Shown here piece after piece: positions 53,919 to 64,000 of a stretch of DNA of 64,000 nucleotides. The stretch comes from Octopus sinensis (taxonomy: Eukaryota): assembly GCF_006345805.1 (NCBI RefSeq), contig NC_043019.1, positions 7,253,360 to 7,317,359 of the forward strand, written 5' to 3'. The position numbers were made by a program, and so were the translations under genes. Within the stretch, counting starts at the first letter, position 1. Every line of letters starts with the position of its first letter. The notes beneath the pieces were generated by a model, which ran no database searches, was not told the DNA's origin, and saw only the letters and a program-made list of their open reading frames with translations.

Positions 53919-55055
53919 TATAGGTTCTGATAGGTTCTTTTTTTTTTTCTTTTTGACTGGTTGATTTAAGCAAGTTTCAACTTCTATATCCTTGCGTTTG
54001 ACTGATGTCTATTGATTAAAAAATATGGAAGTTTGTTTGAGGATTAGAATCTAGTTTTTCCTTGGTGGAATTTAGGAATATATTGCATTGGAAGGATTCA
54101 GTCTTGTAATATAACCGTGTGTTTCAGTAATAGATTGTGAATAAAATATAAAGTAAGGATATTATGTGAATAGAGGCTTCGAGTTTCGGGATCGGGATGA
54201 CATACAAGATAAACTATCCTGCTGTTTACTAACTGAATGCTGTGGTGGTCAGCGCAACGTGTGTGGGAAGGAAAAGGTTATGCTAAGTAGAGGAGGGTAG
54301 AAGCAAGATATCTGGGACGGATTGTAAGTATACGGTTATAGATCACTTGACTACGATGGGATTCGAGTTCATAAGTCTATTACCTGTAATATATAAAATG
54401 AGGGCAGTGGGTGCGCTTCAGATGACGCGTTTGTTGATAGTTGCCATAGCAAAGAATTTATTTGTTGAAAGAATAAGAAAATAATAATTAAAATTGTTGT
54501 GCAATGCAAATTATATATATGGTCAAATGTGGAATATGGATATGTAGACTAAGAATAAGCGGAAATATCTTGAGATCTACAGAGCAGTTGAGAATATGTA
54601 TAAGTAAAATATTGTACGTGATTACTAGAATATAATGTTTATTGAAATAACTGTATTGGCCTTGGAATTAGCAGCGGAAGGCTGAGGAAAATAAATGATT
54701 TTGGAACATGAAGCCATTATTTACTGCATAGATTATATACATATTATATCATACATGGATGAAAATCCTCGTTGACAGGCTTCTCAAATTAAATAAAGTG
54801 TTGAACATTGACGGTAGGTGAATTAGCTCCAGCTCTCTTCAGCTACGGGATTTGCTGGATATTCAAACACAGCTTCTAAGACTGCGATGCATCAAAATGA
54901 TGCAAACATCTCTGATGCAAATGCAATTTTGTTCGAAAATCGAATAAGGTTGTTCGTAATTTTTCTTCACTCATCGGAGAAATAGTTGAGTTTGCCCTGT
55001 TTCTATATATCCTGTATAGATTATATATAATGTATACATAGATAATGTATACATA

Positions 55056-55185
55056 GGCGCAGGAACCAACCACATGGTTCCGGGTTCAGTCCCACTGAGT
55101 GGCACCTTGGGAAGTGTGTTCTACTATAGCCTCGGGCCGACCAAAGCCTTGTGATTGGATCTGGAACATGGAGAGAAGCCCGTCG

Positions 55186-55250
<65 letters not shown>

Positions 55251-55449
55251 TTGTCCCCCCCCACCAGCATCGCCTGACAACCGATGCTGGTGTGTTTACG
55301 TCCCCGTCACTTAGTGGTTCGGCATGAGATCCCGATAAAATAAGTACTAGGCTTACAAAGAGTAAATCATGGGCTGGATTTGCTCGACGAATGGCGGTGC
55401 TCAAGCATGGCCGCAGTCAAATGACTGAAACAGATAAAAGAATAAAAGA
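55056..55449 (+). mobile_element. SINE family A (small deletion in head)
   Basis: Similarity to 2261-2673. Confidence 0.9.
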
Positions 55450-55864
55450 ATCGATATCATCGGTTGATATTCTTCCTGTCACGCCTTGCTTCACTTATCG
55501 AACTTATGCTCACACTATTTTGCTTGTACTTCCCGCCAAAGTATGTTGCTCACCTATCGAGCACTCAGTACATCGCCGGTTTTTCTAGCTGTAATACATG
55601 TAAATTTATATTGCGGACTCCTCAGAATATCCGTGCTTCTAGGGATCAGGTTTTTTTTAGATTTTAATTATTTTTGTGGGAGCTTTTCGAATGTAACACC
55701 CGCAAGAGTCGAGAGATTACTGTATTCGTATTCCCTCACTGTGCCAGCTGGCCATCAACGAAGTTACATGACTGAAATACGTGAGAAATACCCTCTGGTA
55801 GCACAGTACTTAGCTCTACAGGGTACATTTTAAACACGAAAATAAGAGTGAATTTCTCACATAT

Positions 55865-56105
55865 AAGGCGGCGAGCTGGCAGAAACGTTAGCACGCCGGG
55901 CGAAATACTTAGCAATATTTCGTCTGCCGCTACGTTCTGAGTTTAAAGTCCGCCGAGGTCGACTTTGCCTTTCATCCTATCAGGCTCGATTAAACAAGTA
56001 CCAGTTACGCACTGGGGTCGATATAATCGACTTAAACCGTTTGTCTGTCCTTGTTTGTCCTCTCTGTGTTTAGCCCCTTGTGGGGAGTAAAGAAATAGGT
56101 ATTTC
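55865..56105 (+). mobile_element. SINE family B, full length
   Basis: Similarity to 29989-30223. Confidence 0.9.
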
Positions 56106-56796
56106 TCACATATTTCTATCATGAAACTCCTTGTCAAGTAAAAATAGAATAGAAACGAAAATGGGTCCAGTTGTAGGAATAGAAACGAAAATGGGTCCAG
56201 TCCAATACAAAAGTGATACATTTTAATTCTGTTGCTTGTGCTAACGGAGTTTGTTATTTCTCCATCCTGATATCGAATATTAAGCTAGAGATCGATAGCT
56301 CGTGAGCATATCTATTTCTCTAGATTCGATACGGCACAAGACCACCGACGCAGCATTGTCTACTTCGCCTTGTTTTATTGAAGTCATGACGTTTTATTAC
56401 ATTTGTTTCAAAAACGTCTGTTCCGTTTGGGATATTTTTTTTAAATATTTATGATCGACAAATCGCAAGAAAGAAGAATAAATGTTTCTTTTTTCATTTT
56501 TTACAGAAATTGCATTTTTCACGGTTTATAAATTTTCTCTTCAGTTTCATAATTCACAAAGCGTGTTTTCTCAACTATTGAAAATTACTCTACACACACG
56601 CATATTCACATACACATGCACACACAAACACGCGCACGTACGCACATACAAACGTACAAAAATGTACATATATATATATATATATGTGAATATATATATA
56701 TACATATATATATATTTGTACATATGTATGTATAGATATGTATATATATATATAATTATATATGCATGTATATATATACGTGTGTGTGTGTGTATG

Positions 56797-56850
<54 letters not shown>

Positions 56851-56950
56851 CATACACATATAATCATATGTGTTTGCTTTTAACGTGTATGTGTTTATGT
56901 GTATGCGCATTTATATATAGATATACATACATGCATACATACATACATAC

Positions 56951-56986
<36 letters not shown>

Positions 56987-57041
56987 ACATATATATATAT
57001 ATATGTACATATGCATGTATAGATATGTATGTATAGATATG

Positions 57042-57090
<49 letters not shown>

Positions 57091-57704
57091 GTATATGTAT
57101 GTTTATATATATATATATATGTTGCTGTCATGTGAACAGAATGAAGAAGTACGCACTTCATGTAGGCGATAAATTTGATTTATTTACTCTAGACTACTCT
57201 TTCCCTACTGGCAGTTTCTTCTCTTACCAGACTTTTTCTCGGTTTCATAAGGATATACGCCTGCACGTGTTTCTGCATGTGCGTCAGTGTATATGTATGT
57301 AAGCATTTGAAAGGCTAAGTTTGAAAACGAATCCATTTTTAATTAAATGCTAAAGGCCGGTGCTATACATAAATAATATTCGTTATTCTATGCTTAATAT
57401 AAACCTCAAATGATTCATCACAGTTGGCTAGATGTTTCATTTTCTTTCGATCTGTGATAATGACTCAAAAGATTTTAATCAACGGTATGACATGAATAAA
57501 AGTTATATATACATATATGTATATATGTATGTATATATACATGTATGTATAGAAATACATATTTTCAAATATATATTTTTATATATGTATGTATACCTCG
57601 TCTGCAACCCATACATTTGATTAACGTGAACATACAGAAGTACTGACACACTTTGGTTTCTAAGCTCGTATATACATACAGGTTTATATATATATATCAA
57701 CATC

Positions 57705-58415
57705 TATCTATCTGTGGTGGTGATGTAGCCGTTCCAGTAAGTGTTGGAGATGGTACGGAAGCAGCATTGGTGAAAACGTTCGATGAGTGTGAGATGACAG
57801 CTCTAGAATTCAGAGCTGTTGACGCTGACTTTTGTGTTGATCTTAACATGCTTCTGGTGCCATAAACGCTTGTGCAGTCTGCCAAATGCCGTTTTCCTTT
57901 GCAGGTCTGTTGTCAATTTCTTTGACGATATTCGCATCTAATAATGAGATGGTGAATCCAAGATAAGTGAAGTGCTGTGCCGAGTTCAGTTCTGTTTAGA
58001 CATCGGTGTAGTAGAGAGGTTTGTGCCATTCCGAAGGAGTTGTTTGACGTAGGACTTCAGTCTTTTCTTATCTTACTTCCATCAGAAGAGCTGGGCAACC
58101 TCTACAAACCAGGATGTGATGCGCTGCAGAGCGCATTCTGTGTGTGTGACAAGTGCGGCATCATCTGCAAAGAGTAGACCCTGGATCAATTGCTCTTGGG
58201 TCTTGGTGTGGGCCTGTAATCGCCGGAGATTGAAGAGAATACCATCTAGACGGTACCTTATATGATGCCGTTTTCAGCGTTGAAGTTTGCAAAGGCCTAC
58301 ATGAGCATCATTCTGAAGACGTAAGACTTGGGGCTTGCGTCATTCTCTGGCAGTTTTAGCCCAATATGGTGCTCATGTAACCAGCATCCGGTGACTATGT
58401 GGACCCCTACATATC
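57705..58415 (-). mobile_element. RTE-BovB-clade LINE reverse-transcriptase fragment (decayed)
   Basis: Minus strand [51 protein letters not shown]...KKTEVL...HFTYLGFTIS...KEIDNR, a characteristic BovB-type RT segment, with stops and frameshifts. Confidence 0.88.
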
Positions 58416-58463
58416 TCACACATATATATGCATATACATACCTAAACACACACAGACACACAC

Positions 58464-58502
<39 letters not shown>

Positions 58503-58547
58503 CATATATATATATATCTATATAATATACATACGTATATATGTACA

Positions 58548-58581
<34 letters not shown>

Positions 58582-59189
58582 AATATCATATATATATATA
58601 TATATATATATTATATTATATATATATATATATATATACGCGCGCACATATTTATACATATATGCGTACTGTTTTTTAAACACTGCACTGTACAACAAAT
58701 TATATAATCGATTTTCGTTAACAAATAAACGAGATTCTAGAAATAGAAACCGAATCTCACTCAAAGAAATAGATACACATTGGGCAATGTAATCCAAGAC
58801 TTACAAAACAAAGGAGAGAGAAAAGAGATGATATGAATGATGTGAATATCTTTGATCATAAATCCGCTGGAACCGAACTAACTTGGAACTAAATAACAAC
58901 CTCAAGAACAACATACATCCGCTTTAAAGTTAGACACTTCGACAGCGGTGGTGTTAAAAAGCAATAAAACTATATTGTTTGTAATTCGCTGAGTCTATTG
59001 ATTGACTGTGTTCTACAGAGTGCAAATTCTTGTCGAATATGTAAACATAACTTGATAATTAGCCTCTATTGACATCGTTACTTCGATAACCACCACAAGC
59101 GACACGGCTACAACAAAACATACATAAGCTAACAAGACAAATAAAACATACACACATGAAACAAACGGACGTATATGCGTGAATGTCTA

Positions 59190-59345
59190 GGTGCAGACGT
59201 GGCGGCGTGGTAAGAAGCTTGCTTCCCAATGGTTCTGGGTTCAGTCAGGCTATGTAACATCTTGAGCAAGTCACTTCTACTATAGCCTCGGACCGACCAA
59301 AGCCTTGTGAGTGGATTTGGTAGACACAAACTGAAAGTAGCCGTC
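59190..59345 (+). mobile_element. SINE family A head followed by (TA)n
   Basis: CTACTATAGCCTCGGACCGACCAAAGCCTTGTGAGTGGATTTGGTAGAC matches family A. Confidence 0.8.
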
Positions 59346-59383
59346 ATATATATATATATACTATATATATATATATATATATA

Positions 59384-59422
<39 letters not shown>

Positions 59423-62400
59423 TATATAGTTGGCCAATAAAAGCACACGCACAATATATTTGGTCAGTTTGCCAAAAAGATAAAGCTGAAGCAAATCAAC
59501 ACGTGTGTTTTTATTGGTCAAACTGGCAAATGACCATTCCTATATACAACAATATATATATATATATATATAATATATATATACAAACACACACACACAC
59601 ACACGCACCACTACACATATATAAAATTATTGAGATTCACTTGAATTAGTTACTTAAGTTGAAGTACAAATTTACTCTGGTATTATCCGCGCAGTTCGAA
59701 GTAAGGTGAATAATATCAAAATAAGAAACAAGATATGAAGTATTTGAGAAAAAATTATATTACTGTGTGCGACTGGCTAAAATTCTGTTTATGTATTTGT
59801 GCAGCTGAAGATGTGACTGAATTTTAAATTGTTGTAATGATTCCATTGTTCAAATAAATGTAGCCGCTTGAAACGGTCGTACTCAGTAACTACTCCGTAT
59901 ATAGGTACACATATATATAATATAAATAATATATATATGTCCATATATACATACGTATATGTACATACTTACATATATACATATATACATATGCATATGT
60001 AGACAGAAGACGTCACGGAACGTAAACAACATTAAAAAAACGAAAACATGATATACGAAATACGAAGACATGGAATATGAACTTTTTTTGCAACAACGAA
60101 AGAAACATATGGAAAACAAGACAAATAACATAATGAACGACCCTTCATCAGTTGTCGGCTGTTTTTTCTTATCTGTATTTCGAGTAATTCAACGAGAAGG
60201 TACTCCTTCGATAAAACAAATCAAATCAAATACAAATTTGGGATTTTGCAAAGGGTCAAAGTCGTTAACAAAACAGGACAGTGAAAGCAACAGGAAGCGC
60301 TGTTAAACCTAAACGAAGTGAGGTGGGGAATGCGGAGAAGCACGCTTGGTCAAGAGACAGACATAACTTCGATCGATTCGTCCATCTGAATTAGAAGGAA
60401 TAAAAGAAACACAAGTTAGGAAATGTGAGAAAGATGACCGATGGTCACGTGGGAGCCAGGAGAGTGCAAAGGAGTAAGAGCGAGGGAGAAAGAGAATGTG
60501 ACAGAGAGAAAATGGTGAAAGAAACAGGAAAAAATTAGAGAAAGCAGAAGACGGGAGGGGAGAAGTGTATATAAAGAGAATTAGAGAAAGAGAGGAAAAG
60601 GGAGAAAAACGAAAGAGCAATAGAATAATAGAATAATGGAATATGTGTGTGTCTATGTGCACGTGTTTGTATGTGTGTGTGTATGTATGTATGTATGTAT
60701 GTAGGTAGGTAGTTAAGTAGGTAGGTGGGTAGGTAGGTGGCTAGGTATATGTCACTTGCTGGTTTATTGCTTGGTGGTTTGTATTGCAAGGGAGAGGATC
60801 ATCTTTCAAGGAGAGCATATTCTTTTCGCCAGTGAAATAAATCCAAGCGGAGGATAATGAAGAATATCCAATACGTTTACACACATACACTCGCTCATCC
60901 CCACACACACTCACTCACACACACACTCACTCACACAAACACACAGTCGTACGCGCACACACACATACATACACACACACTCACTGACACAGACACACAG
61001 ACATACACGCACGAACAAATAGGGAAAATGCTCGCGTACTCATCAGTCTGTTTATCTTCCTGTATATCTATCTATCAACGTATATATATACGTATATATA
61101 TACATATATATATATATAGATATAGATATATAAATGTATATATTCACAGATATGTATGTATATTTCTGTATATATATATATATATATATACATATCTGTG
61201 AATATATACATTTATATATGTATATATATAAATATATATATGTGTGTGTGTGTGTGTGAGTGTGTATCAAAATGAGGGAGAATATACAGAGAAGGAAGTT
61301 CCAGTGTGTCGAAGTGACGGAGAAAATATGTTTATAGTAAGCTGGCCGGCTGCGAGGCGGGCGGTGTGGCTGGCTGGCTGGCTGGCTGGCCGGTTGGCTG
61401 GCTGCCTAGTGGTTTTAGGAAAAAAATTGATCCCAATGTGAGTTATTAAATTTCTCGGATGTAGCTTATAGAATAATCTAAAATATGTCATTATGGCTTT
61501 TTCTATTAATGCCAGGGGTATATTTAAATTCGGAGATGGAAAGCTATAAAGATTAACCCAAGGCCATAACAATATGAAGATAACTATTCAATCAAACGAT
61601 TAATGTCTGAAAGGTCTGTACGCTTTTGTTTCGTTATACTTTTTGTTTTTCAATATAGTTTTCTGTCTTTATTTCATTCATTTAGGATTTCTATAGCAAA
61701 TAATGATGTTCTATTATTTCTTTGCGGGAGATTTTAATGGATTGTTATATATTTAAGTTCAGTTCTCACTGAAGTTAACTAGATATTTTACTGAGTGTAA
61801 GAGGGAGACGTTAGGGCGTCGATATAACGTGTATTAGTCAAATATACGCTACTAAGTTTGTGCATGGTTGGGATTAAGAATGTTGCTTCACTCTGAAAAT
61901 ACATAACGTGTGTCCTTTGCACGTTGCTGCAAAACAACGCCTTGCTACTTGTCTTCTAATAAGTTACCAGGCTCCCCAGTATAGACTGTCGAATTTAGTA
62001 GTAAGGAGTCTGTGGTCAAAAAAGCCTGTATGTTATTTAAGGGATTGCGGTCATAAATCTATGGGCTTTTGTACGAAAGGCATGAATGCTTTCAGGCTTG
62101 TTAGAATTTTAAAAAAAGATTTTCCATATATCCTTGTTCTTGAATCGGTATTCTTTCTCTTGAATCAATGAGCCATTTACCGTTTCGCACAGGTCTTAGC
62201 TGAAGAATCGCGGAAATTGGCGCGCTTCGCATTAGCTCAAAAAGTCACGTGAATGCTCTATATTTTTGTATATTGCTGTGTGTATACTATATGTAAGCGC
62301 GTGGATTAGCGTTTAGTGAATTGCACTCTTGATAGTAAGACTGTAGTTTCGATTCCTGGACTGGGTGATGACTTGCCTTCTCGAACAAAACATTTCATTT

Positions 62401-62699
62401 CACGTTGCTCCAGAAAGGAGCTACGAGAACATCCCTTCCAGACGGTCGCCTCTTTGAGGCATGCATGTTACTTTATATTTTATTTATTATTTCATGTAAT
62501 TTCAGCTCACGAGCCGTGGCCATGCTGGGGCACCACCATTTGTTGTTGCTACATGATTTTACTTCACGAATGCTTTTTAGCAATTCACATTTGGTGCATG
62601 AGAGAGTTTGATGCAGCTGCCCTCATCTGCACATCTTGCCGTGAAATTGGTTCATGTGAGACACCTGGCAAGAAGAGGTCCAGCTTTATTTTGAAGACA

Positions 62700-62910
62700 C
62701 CTATATGTATTTATATACATATAGAGGCTTATATATATATATGCATATATATACATATATATATATGTATATATATATGTATATATATATATATATATAT
62801 GCATGTATATATATGTATGTATATATATGTATTATATATCTATATATATGTATATATATGTATATATATATGTATATATATATAATATATATATATATAA
62901 TATATATATA

Positions 62911-62942
<32 letters not shown>

Positions 62943-63080
62943 CACTTTGATCACTTTGACCGACCAGTCCGTCAGGCGTCCATTTGACACCGCTGGTCAC
63001 AGCACGCTGTCCACTCCTCCTGGATCGCGCCTTTTCATCCACGTGATCCCAATCGTCCTCCTGAAATCGTCACTGCATGA

Positions 63081-63156
<76 letters not shown>

Positions 63157-63178
63157 TGTATATATATGTATATATATG

Positions 63179-63209
<31 letters not shown>

Positions 63210-63596
63210 TATATATATATAATATATATGTAAATGTGTATGTGTGTATGTGTGTGTGATGCATGTCTGTTCGTCTGCCTCTGAGTTCTAGCTCGTTTAT
63301 TTTGTATGCATAGGGAAACACACAAAGAACAGTGAAAGAAAGAAAATGAGTAAAATGAAGAGATGAAACAAGAGAGAAGCTGATAGAAAAAAAAAGCAAC
63401 CGATATGACGTTATGCTGTTATGCTATATCCACGTAAATACACGCATGAACATATATAAACGACTAGATCGATGAATTGGAAGATCGATATATATATATA
63501 TTTATAAATGATAGGCATGGCGTATGCATTATATTTGGCATAAAGACAAATGCATAGATACATAGATACATAGATATATTATACACACACACACAC

Positions 63597-63655
<59 letters not shown>

Positions 63656-63887
63656 TTATATATGTACACATATATGTATTTATATATACCTATATCTATA
63701 TATATATACATATATTTATATATATGTACGCATATACGTATATATATATATGTACACACATATATGTATATATATGCATATATATATATATATATTTAGA
63801 TGTATAGGTAATTATGAGTACGTATATATATGCATGCGTACATAATGCTTATTAATGTTCCTGTGTATGTTTCAATGTGGGTGTGTT

Positions 63888-63920
<33 letters not shown>
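62700..63920. repeat. (TA)n/(TG)n microsatellite field
   Basis: Read directly. Confidence 0.9.
62941..63080 (-). mobile_element. RTE-type LINE extreme 3' stub inserted in (TA)n
   Basis: A GC-rich island whose minus strand, allowing 1-nt indels, reads [21 protein letters not shown]. It ends in the tandem tail CAAAGTGAT x2; short tandem tails are typical of RTE elements. Confidence 0.6.
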
Positions 63921-64000
63921 CTCTGTGTATGTGTGTAAACAAGTATTGTTTCCCATACATCAATGTCTATAAGCTAACGACCAGTTCTCAGCATTTCAAA

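Noticed and set aside
60130-60200. Minus-strand GAAA...CTGATGA hammerhead-like motif
   Set aside because: I could not form stems I-III around the core in any topology.
61330-61410. GC-rich (GGCT)n patch as a possible promoter or G-quadruplex
   Set aside because: A short simple tetranucleotide repeat with mostly GG runs and no adjacent gene evidence.

Overview
A 64 kb AT-rich, microsatellite-saturated eukaryotic window with no convincing host protein-coding gene. The SINE families and (TA)n/(AAT)n/(GATA)n density suggest an octopus (coleoid cephalopod) genome; this is an inference. Most listed ORFs are translations of microsatellites. The standout is 6050-9194: a ~479-bp unit repeated 5.4 times on the + strand plus a 1.1-unit inverted copy, embedded in (TA)n. 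Every unit carries a minimal type I hammerhead ribozyme (stem I AGGCCUG/CAGGUCU, CUGAUGA, stem II with GUAA loop, GAAA, near-palindromic stem III, AUA cleavage site). This is the architecture of a non-LTR retrozyme, a candidate circRNA-producing non-autonomous retroelement. Its geometry fits twin priming on a circular or multimeric RNA. The window also holds a near full-length R4/Dong-clade LINE (RT, CCHC, restriction-like endonuclease; ~23.2-27.3 kb) stacked with two older Dong copies in (AAT)n. Other relics are RTE/BovB, Tc1, hAT and a LINE ORF1, along with several MITEs and many tRNA-derived SINEs of about four families (labelled A-D here).
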